Shown here piece by piece: positions 51,167 through 62,592 of a stretch of 64,000 bases of DNA (the first letter of the stretch is position 1; the number at the start of each line of letters is the position of its first letter). The position numbers were made by a program, and so were the translations under genes. Origin of the DNA: Candidatus Marinacidobacterales bacterium (lineage in GTDB: Bacteria; Acidobacteriota; Vicinamibacteria; Marinacidobacterales; DATDRI01); NCBI GenBank assembly GCA_965219415.1, contig CBDCNP010000002.1, positions 160,001-224,000 of the forward strand. Reading direction: 5' to 3'. The notes beneath the pieces are model-generated. The model saw only the letters and a program-made list of their open reading frames with translations, was not told the DNA's origin and did not search any database.

Positions 51167-52063
51167 ATGCTGAAACCAATTCTAACTAATGTTCTTCTAT
51201 TCTCATTTGTCGTAGTGACTACCGGTGCCCAGGAGTCTTTGAAGGTCTACATCTCTGCAGATATGGAAGGGGTGGTCGGCGCGGTGACCGACGCCCAGCT
51301 TGGACCGTCGGGGTTCGAGTACCAGAGATTTCGGGAGTTCATGACCCAAGAGGTTCTCGCGGCGATCGAAGGCGCGCGTGCTGCCGGTGCCACCGAATTC
51401 CTCGTCAGCGACTCTCACGGCAATGGTCAAAACTTGCTCATCGAGAGATTTCCCAAAGACATTCAAATCGTGCGCTCGTGGCCTCGGCACTTGGGCATGA
51501 TGACCGGAATCGACGAAAGCTTCGACGCTGCTTTTTTCATCGGATATCACTCGGCGACTTCGAATTTGGAAGGCGTTCGCGCGCACACGATGTCCAGCGC
51601 CCGGCTGACGGACATTCGGCTCAACGGTACCTCGATGCCTGAAGCGGGAATCAATGCGGCCATCGCGGGAGAGTTTGGCGTTCCGATTGCAATGATCTCC
51701 GGTGACGACGCCATCGTGGCGGAGGCGGGAGCGCTTCTAGGCCACATCGAAGCAGCGACCGTCAAGTGGGCTTACAGCTTTCATTCCGCTCGCACCCTGA
51801 CCCCGGAGGCGAGTTACGAGCTCATTCATGAGACTGCCCGAAAGGCGCTCTCTAACCTCGGCGCGTTCAAACCGTACCGCTTGCCTACCCCGATCACGAC
51901 CGAGGTCGCGTTCAAAAACTACCGTGCCCCTCAGCTACTAGAGTATCTCCCCAATGTGAAGCGGGTCGACTCTCACACCATCCAATTCACCGGCCAGAAC
52001 ATGCGGGAGGTATCGGACATGTTGGTGTTCCTCAACAGCTATAGTACGTCCCTGACGCCCTGA
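51167..52063 (+). CDS. M55-family D-aminopeptidase (DppA-like) with signal peptide
   Basis: YISADMEG, VSDSHG, IGYH, AHT, SGDD. Confidence 0.92.
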   Translation: MLKPILTNVLLFSFVVVTTGAQESLKVYISADMEGVVGAVTDAQLGPSGFEYQRFREFMTQEVLAAIEGARAAGATEFLVSDSHGNGQNLLIERFPKDIQIVRSWPRHLGMMTGIDESFDAAFFIGYHSATSNLEGVRAHTMSSARLTDIRLNGTSMPEAGINAAIAGEFGVPIAMISGDDAIVAEAGALLGHIEAATVKWAYSFHSARTLTPEASYELIHETARKALSNLGAFKPYRLPTPITTEVAFKNYRAPQLLEYLPNVKRVDSHTIQFTGQNMREVSDMLVFLNSYSTSLTP

Positions 52064-52145
52064 CAGAATGACAAACTGATGGTTTCCGTCGCTACTTGGG
52101 CTTTCGCAAGCCCTTCGGCATAACTTCCTGTAGCTTTTTCTCGAG

Positions 52146-53574
52146 TCAAGCCCATTCTTAGTTGAAACTCTCCACGGCTCACGTTTAAGCGACCTTCTTC
52201 TTCGATACGGTTGATGTCTTCGCCTCGATCTTCAGTTCCCGCTTGAGAGCTTCGCGAAGCTTGGGAAGATGGCGGTAGCCCACCACCTTCCTCAAGCGCG
52301 GTTCGATGTCTACGAGCGCCGTTGCCAACCAGCGCTGGCGTTGGCTCGAGTTCTTCCAGTGGTCGACCTTCGCGCAGCGTTCCTCGACGAGAGCATTGAC
52401 GGACTCAAGGCAGTTCGTCGTCTTGAACGAACGGCCCAGCACCGCGTGCACGCCGAGTCGATGCAACGTCAGCGTCTCCTCGAGGCCTTCCTCCAGGCTG
52501 CCAGCTGCGGATTGGTTCCGCTCTTCTAACTCACCGTGGAGTTGCTCGAGCGCAGTGAGGGCCTCTTCGTACTCCGGCCTGTTGTAGGCCCACTGGAGCC
52601 GCTTGCGCCATGACGCCTGCTCGCCCTTGGACAGGTAGCTCACTACGTTTTCACGTTTGTGCCACTGGCAGCGTTGTATCAGGGCCCGCTTACGGAATGC
52701 CTTCTTGACTGCCGCTTGGAGACCCTTGCCGCCGTCGATGATCACCAGCAGACCCTGGGAGATATCGAGTCCCCGCTCGAGCAGTGAACGCAGGAACGGC
52801 GTCAACACCTGCGCGTTCTCCGTGTCCGTCTCCACGAAGCCCAAGAAGCGTTTTTCCCCGCAAAGCGTGATGCCCAGAGCCACGACCATCGTTGCCTCGG
52901 CGAATGTCTTCCCATCCAGAAACAGCGCCACCACATCCTCGCCGGTCAGATCCCGTTCCTGCATCTCCCGCAGCTTCGCAGCGCTCGCTTGCACGAACCC
53001 TCGGGACACCGTTGAGCTCGACAGCCCGATGGCGCCCGGAATCGCTTCCACTGCCGCCTCGTAGTTGCGACAAGAGATTCCGTAGAGAACTCGTTTCAGC
53101 AGAAGATCATTCACCTCACCGCCGTGGCTCACCGCCTCGTAGCAGCGAAGCGGAATCTCTCCTCCCTCGATGCTCCGAACCCGTGGCACACGGATCGGTA
53201 CCCGCTGGCCGCCAAGCCCTACCGTGCCCGGGTTGCTTCCGGGACGGCGACCGCGCTCCAGCTCGTCCTTGCGAGAGTATCGCTCTCCCGCCAACGCCTT
53301 CACTTCGTCGTCGAGCAACTCGTGAACGTGCATTAGACCAAGGGGGACCAACCAACGGATCATCTCTACCTTGGCGTCCAGCGCGAGTTCCCCGTAATCC
53401 TCGTGCCTCACCATCTCGACCTCACCCAAACGACGCGACTTCTTGCGTTTCTTGACCGAACGTAGCAGACTTCCCATCTCGGCTCCTTTCTTCGCGGCTT
53501 GATTTTGTTTTGTCCAACGCCATCAAACCACGGGGTTTGGAGCCGTTTCAATTCCCAACTGCAGGCTCGGCGGG
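52146..53574 (-). mobile_element. IS256-like (mutator) insertion sequence
   Basis: Imperfect inverted ends AGTTG-N9-ACGGCTC on both sides; flanked by TCGAG direct repeat (52141-52145, 53575-53579); exact ends uncertain. Confidence 0.75.
52185..53477 (-). CDS. IS256/mutator-family transposase
   Basis: LFLDGK, IIDGGKGL, QRCQWHKREN, TTNCLESVN (DDE with CxxH). Confidence 0.92.
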   Translation of the reverse strand: MGSLLRSVKKRKKSRRLGEVEMVRHEDYGELALDAKVEMIRWLVPLGLMHVHELLDDEVKALAGERYSRKDELERGRRPGSNPGTVGLGGQRVPIRVPRVRSIEGGEIPLRCYEAVSHGGEVNDLLLKRVLYGISCRNYEAAVEAIPGAIGLSSSTVSRGFVQASAAKLREMQERDLTGEDVVALFLDGKTFAEATMVVALGITLCGEKRFLGFVETDTENAQVLTPFLRSLLERGLDISQGLLVIIDGGKGLQAAVKKAFRKRALIQRCQWHKRENVVSYLSKGEQASWRKRLQWAYNRPEYEEALTALEQLHGELEERNQSAAGSLEEGLEETLTLHRLGVHAVLGRSFKTTNCLESVNALVEERCAKVDHWKNSSQRQRWLATALVDIEPRLRKVVGYRHLPKLREALKRELKIEAKTSTVSKKKVA

Positions 53575-53575
53575 T

Positions 53576-54244
53576 CGAGATCCCGTTAGGAAGAGCTCCG
53601 AAGGAGTCGAGTACGGTGAGGCGACCGGTCGCGTTCCTAATCGAGATGGGCCCTGGAAGATGGTGTACGCCGTTTTCGATCTCGGGGGAAAAGAGAAGTT
53701 GGTGGCGCGCTACTTGGGTGAAGCAGAGCAAGTTGCTTTCAATCGAGGCGCGTTGCAGACGTCGCTGGTCAGCATGGAACCGCAGCGGCTCCTGGTAGAC
53801 GAGGTCAGGGCGGCACCGCGCGTCGTGTGGGAGGCCGCGTCCCTGCCCGGCGCGCGTTCGAGTGGGCTGGCGCGAGTCACGATGCCAACCGAGTGGATTC
53901 TAGAACCCGGAACGCCCTTCCCATGCCCAGGAGCTCCGCCTCTGGAGGCGGCGTTGGCGGCGTCGCCGCCAGGCGATTTCACGGTCTCGCTTCGTTCGGC
54001 CTGGTGGCCAACAAGGAAGGACACGCCCGAGACGGCGGCCTCTAGCTGTTCCAATCGCCGTGGGAGCCTAGGCGAGACCTCATACACGTTCGAAGAGGAT
54101 TGGCTCGGTATCCCTTACACGGTTCAGGGGAGCTTCGTGTCCGTCGGAGAGGGGCTGCTCCAGTTGGAAGTGGTCGCACCAGCCGAGAAGGCCGGGCACT
54201 TGACCGAGCTCTTTTCCACTTGGGTCCGAGAGAACTCCCCCTGA
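53576..54244 (+). pseudogene. 5'-truncated gene fragment, probably the C-terminal half of the protease at the window end
   Basis: Called ORF starts inside the IS; coding-like from RDPVRK; joins in frame with the 63554 fragment at TCGAG. Confidence 0.6.
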
Positions 54245-54417
54245 GTTGAAGACGCATCACCCTCACCCAGCGTCTGGCCACGTTGACAGTGGCACGTCGT
54301 TTTCTGACGCCGGAATCTCCCAACCCGCCTCCGTCCCAAGAACTCGGGTGGCTTCGGCGGGTCCGCCGAAGCTCTTCGCGAAGGCGGAAGGGAGAGAGAT
54401 TAAAGGAACAAGAGCTT

Positions 54418-55536
54418 CTAATGGGCGTAGTCGAGCGTCACGACATCCCACAGACTTCGATAGCGACCCTCGTCCACATTGTTCAAAAAAGTTGCCACGT
54501 TCTGAACGAGCGTTACCGTGATGTGATCACCGACCATCTGTGGGTGGGGGCGATGCAAGTTCGCGTAGGCACGAATAAAAACGCTTCGATCGTGGATTGG
54601 CAGTTGTTTCACGTTATCCACGAAATGCGGCCACTTGCGCTGGCGGAAGAGATAGAACTCCACGTTGGAGACATAGAAGGCGGAGACGGTATCCCCGCTT
54701 CCTCGAAGAAGTTTCCCCAGGCGGCGAAAAACCCCCTTGCCGGCGAAGTCGCCGACGAGAGGAACGATCAGGTTTGCCGTTTGCATACTGCGGACGACCT
54801 CGTAGGTTTCCGCCGTCGCCAGCCAGTTGCGCTGTACACCCTCCAGATCGGTCTCCACGAGGAATTCCTTCAGGGTAGGGAAGAAGAACGAGCGCCAGCT
54901 ATCGTACTTGATGTCCAGACCTTGTCTGGAGAACTCCTGATAGATGCGTTCGACGTCTTGGAAGTCGCTTGGAGTCAAGTTGAGATCGGGCCAGGCGCGG
55001 AGGGTTGCCATCATTTCGGAAGAAAGTTGGCGGGTGAACTCCGGATCAACGGCGGTGTTCTCTATGATCTCGACCAGTTCGATTAAGGAGAGGTCATGCG
55101 AAGGAGGCGGCCGATGGACGGGTCTGCCGGTCAGAAACGAAAGATATTCGAGCCTGGTCTCTGCCTTTTCGATCAGAAGCTTGAAAATGAGGTGCTCCAA
55201 CATGTTTTGGCGTCGGATGTCGACAAGAAAAGCCATCCGTGGCCGCAGCTCGGCAATGTAGGTGAAGTTTTGGTTGGGCCCCACACCGAGGTACACACCA
55301 CCGGATATGGCCATCGCGTCGAGCGGTTGAAGCGCGTGAAGATAGGATGTTTCATTGGAAATGAAATTGTTGCTCCAAAAATAACCGCCCTCCTCGGAGA
55401 GCTCGTTGATGAGGCGACCGAACTCGCTTCGTGAGAGCTTCGGGGGTTCGGGGATTGACGTGTCTGTGCACGACGAGGTGTACGGGGAAAGAAACAGCGG
55501 CACCGCCAGGATGAGCAGGAACGATCGATGCAACAT
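54418..55536 (-). CDS. Exported hypothetical protein (possible lipoprotein)
   Basis: Signal peptide; SEEGGYF.SNNFISNE, YLGVGPNQNFTYI, FYVSNVEFYL. Confidence 0.75.
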   Translation of the reverse strand: MLHRSFLLILAVPLFLSPYTSSCTDTSIPEPPKLSRSEFGRLINELSEEGGYFWSNNFISNETSYLHALQPLDAMAISGGVYLGVGPNQNFTYIAELRPRMAFLVDIRRQNMLEHLIFKLLIEKAETRLEYLSFLTGRPVHRPPPSHDLSLIELVEIIENTAVDPEFTRQLSSEMMATLRAWPDLNLTPSDFQDVERIYQEFSRQGLDIKYDSWRSFFFPTLKEFLVETDLEGVQRNWLATAETYEVVRSMQTANLIVPLVGDFAGKGVFRRLGKLLRGSGDTVSAFYVSNVEFYLFRQRKWPHFVDNVKQLPIHDRSVFIRAYANLHRPHPQMVGDHITVTLVQNVATFLNNVDEGRYRSLWDVVTLDYAH

Positions 55537-55553
55537 GGCGACTTAGGCGCTCC

Positions 55554-56522
55554 CTAGCCGTTGGTAGCTTTGCTCCGTCTGGTCGGGGGGGGAACGCAAC
55601 GTGCCCTCAAAAGGATCGGGACACGAAGTCGAGTGATTCCTCGACATGTGCCATGACGAGGGCCCACCCGTGCGGCTCGCCAGGATGTGTTTTGAATTCG
55701 TGCGGTACTCCCGCTTTGGGTGAGAGCTTGGTCTAGAGCTTCCAGACCTCGGCCGAGCTGGATGATACGGTTGTAGCGGTCGGCAGTGCCGTAGTCGAAG
55801 TAAATCGGTAGCCCATCGAGATCTGCGGATTTCGCGAGAACCAAAGGATTGTTAGAGTCATAGTACTCTTGGTTCAAGGGGTCACCGTAGACGGTTGTGA
55901 AGACCTCTTTGAAGAATCTGAACCGTCGGCTCGATTTCATTTCTGGGGAAACATCGAGCGGGTTTCGATTGAGGAACACGATCGGCGAGTGCGCGGCCAC
56001 AGCCCCGTACATGTCCGGATATTTCATCGCGATTTTCAAAGCTCCGAAGCCCCCCATCGAGGTTCCAGCGATACTTCGATTCCGCCTGCCCTTTCTGGCA
56101 CGATAAGTGGTCTCTACGTGCCCCACCAGCTCCTTCACCACGAAGTCTTCGTATTTCAGGTGTCCGTCGTAGTAGTTGGTATAGAAGCTGCGACCCCCGT
56201 TGGGATGGACTAAGAGCATCTCCGGGATCTTTTTCTCCAACATGAGCCGTTCGATTTTGGCGGGCAGGTTTCCGTGCTCGCTGTCGGTCCAGCTGGTGTG
56301 GTCGTTGAACAATCCGTGGAGGAAGTAGAGGACTGGGTACACGTCCTTGTTGCTGTCGTAGGAGGGTGGAAAGAAAATGGAATACTGCCCTTGCCCGCGC
56401 AGTGCCTGGCTATCGAGGCTCGCAAACTCTACCCTCGAACCACCGGGAAGTGCAATGCCGCCGCGAAGCGGTATGAATGCTGCGGAGCTCCGTCCGAAGC
56501 CAACCGAACCTCCGAGCAGCAA
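55554..56522 (-). CDS. Putative esterase (alpha/beta hydrolase), C-terminal frameshift
   Basis: YPVLYFLHG, GTSMGG nucleophile elbow; catalytic HGW lies in a shifted frame ending near 55607. Confidence 0.85.
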   Translation of the reverse strand: MLLGGSVGFGRSSAAFIPLRGGIALPGGSRVEFASLDSQALRGQGQYSIFFPPSYDSNKDVYPVLYFLHGLFNDHTSWTDSEHGNLPAKIERLMLEKKIPEMLLVHPNGGRSFYTNYYDGHLKYEDFVVKELVGHVETTYRARKGRRNRSIAGTSMGGFGALKIAMKYPDMYGAVAAHSPIVFLNRNPLDVSPEMKSSRRFRFFKEVFTTVYGDPLNQEYYDSNNPLVLAKSADLDGLPIYFDYGTADRYNRIIQLGRGLEALDQALTQSGSTARIQNTSWRAARVGPRHGTCRGITRLRVPILLRARCVPPPTRRSKATNG

Positions 56523-56693
56523 TCCGACGACACCTATCCCGAAAATCTGCCGGCTGGAAATCCGCAGCCTTTTTTTCGTCCTGTGCTTTCAATTTTTTTC
56601 CCTTTTGGGCAGCTTATCACAAGCGCCACAAGCGGAAAGACGCGCTTGGGGAGGCGCGGGGGCGGATCCCATATAATAGATTCGGACTAAGTC

Positions 56694-57623
56694 ATGGCCA
56701 CGCCCAGCTCGCTCGTTCGACTCATCGGTGTACCGCTCGATCTTGGAGCGGGCCGCCGCGGGGTCGACATGGGGCCGTCGGCAATGCGCATAGCTGGCGC
56801 CACCCAGACCCTCGAGCGTCTAGGCTATGAGGTCATCGATGACGGCGACATCGCGGTCGTCTGCCCCGAAGTGCAGGAAGTAAGCGACCCCAAGCTGCGG
56901 TACCTCCCGGAAATAATGCGCACCGTGGAGAATCTTAGCGGGAAGGTGGAGCGGACGATGGGCCGCGGCGAGTTTCCGGTCGTGCTCGGAGGCGACCACT
57001 CCATGGCCATCGGCACCATTTCCGGTGCCGCGTCTCACTACCGGGGCGAGGGCAAGAAGATGGGCTTCTTTGGTTCGATGCTCACGGTGACGCAAACACC
57101 CCGGAAACCTCGCCCTCCGGTAATATCCACGGGATGCCGCTGGCGGTGGTGTTGGGAAGGGGGGCCAAAGAGCTCGTCGAGGTCGGCGGCTTTGGTCCTG
57201 AGGAAGCGCGGCTCGATCCTGCGCATGCCGCATTGATCGGCGTGCGGAGCGTCGATGAATGCGAAAGAGGAGTGTTGAAAGAGCTCGGAATCACGGTATT
57301 CACGATGGAGAACATCGACCGAAGAGGGATCCACGCCGTCACCAAGGACGCCATCGCAATCGCCAGCGCCGGCACCGAATCCTTCCACGTGAGCTTCGAC
57401 GTTGATTCGATGGATCCAGCGGTGGCGGCGGGAGTCGGAACTCCAGCGAGAGGGGGGCTGACTTACCGCGAAGCGCACACCGTGATGGAGCTCGTGGCAG
57501 AAAGCGGAAAGCTGTGCTCGTTCGAATTGGCGGAAGTCAATCCAGTTCTCGGATATCCGAAACTCGGCCGCTGAGGTGGCCGTCGAAATCATGGCCTCCG
57601 CGCTCGGCAAGCGAATTATCTGA
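56694..57623 (+). CDS. rocF: Arginase (two frameshifts)
   Basis: GAGRRGVDMGP, LGGDHS, WFDAHGD, SGNIHGMP, SFDVD, EVNP across frames. Confidence 0.9.
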
Positions 57624-57628
57624 GGCGC

Positions 57629-59255
57629 TTAGAAACGCGAAGCGGGGAGCGCCACGTCGGCTCGCCCCCAGGCGTCTTCGAATTCCTCCTGCGTTTCAGC
57701 CGCTTCGGTCGTTTTCCCTTGCGCTCGCTGGGCCTGCAAAAGACCGTAGAGTGACCAGCCGTTATGGCGATTCCAATCGAGATCCTTGTGGTAGACGGCC
57801 TCCGCTTCCGCGGGGCGGCCCGCCTCTAGCAGCACCGCACCCAAGACCTGCCGCACCGGTTGATGCCACCGCGATGGCTCCGAATAACGCAGTCCCTCTT
57901 GAATAATGGCAGCCTCTTCGAGGGAGCGAATCGCCTCGTCGAACTCGCCTTTTTTGGCTGCGAGCTCTCCAGACAACGTCTGGGCCGCAACGCCAAGAAT
58001 GTCGTGGGCCGGGCTCTGGTTGATGACCAAGTCGTCCATAGACGAATCTCCGATGAGCTTCGAGAGCTCGGAACGCTCATGCTCGGCGCGGTCCATCTGG
58101 CCGGTCGCCGTGAAGGCCACTCCACGTCCGTAATGCCAAATCCCTTTGGTGAAAACCAGATCATCGGGCGGGGGCGGTTCGCTCAGCATTTCTTCCCACC
58201 TCCCGAATCGAGTGAACGCGTAGTACGGCGTCACCAAGAAGTCTTGAAGAGACGGGAAGTCGGACAGGTTGCTACGGGGAACTTTGTCCGCGAGCTTACG
58301 TGCGGAGTCGATGGCCATCTCACTGTTGCCTTCGAGAGTCGCCGCGGCCCACAGAAAGTGGATGTTGTGCGGGTAGTACCCAACGGGATAAAGACCCTGT
58401 GCCTGGCACTGGGCGATGTAGGACTCATCGGCGGCGATGGCACGAACGTTGGCCTCCGATGCGTCGGCATAGCGGCCCACGCGAATGTAGATGTGTGCGG
58501 GCATGTGCACCAGGTGCCCGGCACCCGGCATGAGATTCGCCAAGCGTTCCGCACTGGGCACGGCGCGGTCGGGAGTGGTCGAGGGCTCGACGATATGAAT
58601 GTAGTAATGATGGGCGCCGGGATGGTCCGGATGACTGGCCATGACGGATTCCAGCGTAGAAATGACTATCTTCGTCCCGGGTTTGGGTTGTAGATCTGCG
58701 GTCCAATAGTCCCATGGCATCGTGTTCATGATCGCCGCGGCATACAGCGTGGCGGCGTCGGGATCGTCCGGATACTTCTCGGCGAGTGCGCTCATAGCCT
58801 TGGCATAGGTGGCGTCGAGCGTCGCGCGGTCGGCGTCCGCTTTGTTGTAGTACCGGGTGGCGAGTGCGTCGATGTATGCGCGCTCCCTCTCACTGGAGGC
58901 AGATTTCAACGCCAGCGCTTTTTGTAGCGCCGCGTAGGCTTCTAGCTCCCGCTCGTGGGGCATGGGGTCGTTGATATTGGGCCCCAGTGCGAGCCCAAGC
59001 CCCCAGTACGCCATCGCGCAGTCAGGATCGAGTCGAGAGCAGCCTCCCTGAACGCGCGGGCCGCCTCGGCATGGTTGAACGCGTAGGTGAGCCTCAGGCC
59101 TTGATCGAAGAAGATCTGGGCGCGTTCCGAATCGGTGGTGACGGGATGATGGAGCGTGCCAAGGTCCTCGAGCAGGGGAGCGACAGGAGAGTCGCTTTGG
59201 CCGTACCGCCGATAGTAAGAAAGAGGACGGCAAAAAGAAAAGAAGCGAAGGGCAT
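57629..59255 (-). CDS. Exported TPR-containing hypothetical protein (N-terminal frameshifts)
   Basis: AQIFFDQGL..YAFNH, CAMAYWG, HPGAHHYYIH, GHLVHMPAHIY. Confidence 0.8.
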
Positions 59256-59354
59256 CGAGTTCCTCCTAGAAGAAAGGAGACCTTATCGTTCCGATGCCCC
59301 TCGCATCAAATGCTACGAGGTCCGATTTCAGTTCTTGCCGAAGACCCGTAGAGT

Positions 59355-60431
59355 CTATCGGCGGCCGATCTCGACGTTCGAGTAGACCACTCCCTGGATA
59401 GATTCCGCCCGCTCTGCGATCCCGAGCTCCACATAGTGCTTGCTGGGATTGTAGGCGCGGCTATAGGAAACCGTAATCATGCGATTGCCGTTCATAAAGA
59501 CGTCGGCAACGTTCCGGGCGCCAGCGGGGCCCCACTGGATACGCCACGTGTAGATCTTGAACGGATCCCAGTTGAGGAAGGAGTTACCCTCATCGTGCTG
59601 CTCGCCCTGCGCAATCCAGCGCAAGCGTAGGTAGGGGCCGTTGTGCCTCGGATCGAGCTTTTGAAGATGCACGCGGAACGGGTTCGCACGGTAGTCCCCC
59701 CGGCTGGGATCCCACATTCCGAACAGCATGAACTGGTCGAGGCTGGGATTGGAGCGTAGAAGACCCCAGGTGTCGAATTCCACGTATCCTGCCGAGACCG
59801 GGGGGATGCTATAACGAATGAAGTTATTCTTCGCTCTCACCTCCCAACCGCGGGACGTAAACGCACCGCCCGAGACCTGGCCTCTGGATCCGCCATTGGT
59901 GAGGGAATCGGAAAGAATGATCTGACCGTCGCCGAAAGTCTCCGGTTCGGGATCGTCGGGAACAGTGAAGTCGGAGACTTCTGATGTGAGCCGCGCCGTG
60001 CCCAGGTCCGCGTAGGCCCTCCAGAAATACTTTCTTGCGTCCAGCGACTTCCCGACCTTCCACGAGGTCTCTCCATCGGAGTCCTCCCGCACGCCCCCTT
60101 CTCTGGCCACGATGTCGCCAAAGCTCCGATCGCTCGCGACCTGGAACGTGTAGGTCGGCGTACCTTCCGTCGTCGTGGCGTTTTTCACCGTCAGCGTTGG
60201 GGATTGACTGCTGACTTCTTCGCCTGGTTTGGGGCTGACAATCGCCGGCGGTGCGGTACCGGGCGCAGCCGGGGGAGCCGTCGGAGCCGGTTGGCCTTCA
60301 CTGCTGCCGACGCCCGTGGGAGTGCTCGAAGTCGGCGAGCTTCCTTCTTCCAGTGCGCAAGCTCCGAAAAGGAGGACAAGCCCGAGGAGGGGCCCGGCTA
60401 AAGTCAACCGTTTATGTCGGTTGGGGTACAT
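59355..60431 (-). CDS. Hypothetical lipoprotein with Ig-like and beta-sandwich domains
   Basis: Lipobox FGAC, Pro/Ser/Thr linker, YTFQVA...YFWRA. Confidence 0.75.
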   Translation of the reverse strand: MYPNRHKRLTLAGPLLGLVLLFGACALEEGSSPTSSTPTGVGSSEGQPAPTAPPAAPGTAPPAIVSPKPGEEVSSQSPTLTVKNATTTEGTPTYTFQVASDRSFGDIVAREGGVREDSDGETSWKVGKSLDARKYFWRAYADLGTARLTSEVSDFTVPDDPEPETFGDGQIILSDSLTNGGSRGQVSGGAFTSRGWEVRAKNNFIRYSIPPVSAGYVEFDTWGLLRSNPSLDQFMLFGMWDPSRGDYRANPFRVHLQKLDPRHNGPYLRLRWIAQGEQHDEGNSFLNWDPFKIYTWRIQWGPAGARNVADVFMNGNRMITVSYSRAYNPSKHYVELGIAERAESIQGVVYSNVEIGRR

Positions 60432-60667
60432 GCACGCTCCTTCGTCTCTGTCTGAGCCCTCTAATGGGGTCCGTAGGCAGATGTTGGCAAATCTCTAACG
60501 TCCAGGGGTGATGAGAGCGGGCTGATAGTACCACTGGAAACAGGAGAAAGGCAAATGTTTTTGGAGACTTGGACACAAGACCTCAAGTAAAACCTTAAAC
60601 CCATTGAACCAACCCAGAATCGGCGGGCTAATCTGAATTTTGATAACAGCTTGGAGCGAGTGTGGGG

Positions 60668-62559
60668 TTATTCTACCACAGGGAGTTCCAAAAACGAGGC
60701 GAAATCTGCATTTCGTTCCGAAATTACCGGATCGCCGATCTTTGGGATCCGAGCGAAGAGTCCGCCATCGTGGCCAGCGAGGGCGAGACGGATCCGGTGC
60801 CCCTTCTTGAACAGAACGGTGGTCGGTTGGAGGCCGATTTTGAACTCCGCGACCTCGCCTGGGACGATCGGGGCGCCGTCTGCGGTTTTGAAGGTGTGGT
60901 AGGGGCCGAAGACTCGGTAGGGTGGTTCTTCGCCGGAGACGGTGCGAGTTAGGGCGCGAAGCTCCCCTTCGGTGACGTACGTGATCCTTCCATCGGGGTG
61001 CACGTCCTCGAGATAGGCATAGATCGCCCCGTCTTCGTGGGTCGAGCCAACGTGGAGAGAAACCAAGGGATAGCCGGTGACTTCGAGGTCCGACTCGAGC
61101 GAAGGGCTGGTGTAGGTCAGCAGCTTTTCATCATCATTGGCGCGATCACCATAGATGACATCTTCGCCTCCCATCTCTGTATGCCAGCGAGTTGCGGTCC
61201 CGGTCATCGCCTCGAAGTCGATCTCGTAGCGGTCGCTACCGGCGGGGGCGCTCGGTGCCTCGGTTACCAGACTTTGGTCTTCACCTAAGTACCAACGTTC
61301 GCGTGTGACACCGGGAACCGGCCAGGTCGTGGTTCGCTTCCACTTAGCCTCGCCCATCGTGTAGTAAATGATCACCTTCTCGTTCATGATGCCGGTGTCG
61401 ACATCCTTGAGGTGGTAGTCGAAAAACCGGAGATCCTCGTGCCACTGCGCCTTCCGACTCGGATCGGTGGGAGAATCATCGGGCAGGTATTGACTCGTGT
61501 GGAGGCTCCTCCGTGGTTCCACGGGCCGATGACTCCGCGCTGAGGATTGCTCAGGGTCATGAACCGCCTTATGACCGCGTCCGCGGTTCCCGCATCGTTC
61601 CAGCTTCCCCAACCGTAGATGGCAACGCCGGAGCGCTCGATCTCATCCAAGTACGTGTGGACACTGAGGTCATCCCAAGTGGTCTCCAACCCCGGTGCGG
61701 GCTCATCCCGGAAGGAGACTTCCATCAATGGACGAATGTCGGGGCTGTTTCGGTGCTCGGCAAGAGCTTCTGCCAGAAGCGCCCCCTCGGCATCCGCGTC
61801 GACCGGCTTTACTTTGCGATTGCCGCCTCCGGGAGCTTCGTTTCGATCGAGCTGCCGCACCACGTTGAGCCAAGTGCCGATCATCCATTCGAGCGGAATT
61901 CCACCGGGAAGACCGATGTCGGTATAGACGTCCAATTCCATGAACTTCGGGACGACGGCTTTTACCGCGGGATGATTGGGAACGGCAAGGAGCTGTGCCG
62001 TCGTACCGACGTAGGAGACGCCAATGCCGCCGACCGTACCGTTGGACCATGGTTGGGACGCGATCCATTCGGCGGTCTCACCATAGTCGGCGATGGCATC
62101 GGGAGGCCACAAGTGCTGCCAGGTGCCAAACGACGCGCCGGTCCCGCGCTCGTCGGCGCGAATCACCGCATAGCCGTGCCCGGTGAAGAAGCGGTCGTAG
62201 TCACGTGGCTCCTGTCCCTGCCGAGCGCGCCAGTATCGAGTCGTCATCAAGATGGCGGGGAGCTTTGCGTTCGGAGCGAGCGGTGACGGCAGGGTCACAT
62301 CGATGGCGATGCGGACGCCGTCTCGCATCGTGATGTAGAGCGCCTCGTTGGTGAGCGCGTCGTATTGTGGGGGTGTGTAGTTGTTGAAGATGCCGAAAAC
62401 CGCCTCGTGCTCGGCAAGAATCGGATCGCTGGGTACGGCCGCCTCACAACCGGTCAGCAGCAGCACGGCGATGACCAGCGCCGTCATTGCTGTCACTGCT
62501 GCCATTGTTCTTGGCTTCCTGCGAAGCATCGCACGTCTCCTTTCGACGGGGTGCAGCAT
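60668..62559 (-). CDS. CocE/NonD-family hydrolase lipoprotein, frameshift near 61500
   Basis: LTGC lipobox, MRDGVRIA, DERGTGASFG, QPWSNG, GVSY, GPWNH, C-terminal GHRIRLA. Confidence 0.9.
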
Positions 62560-62592
62560 AACTCATCTACCTATTTCGGCGTAGAATAATGC

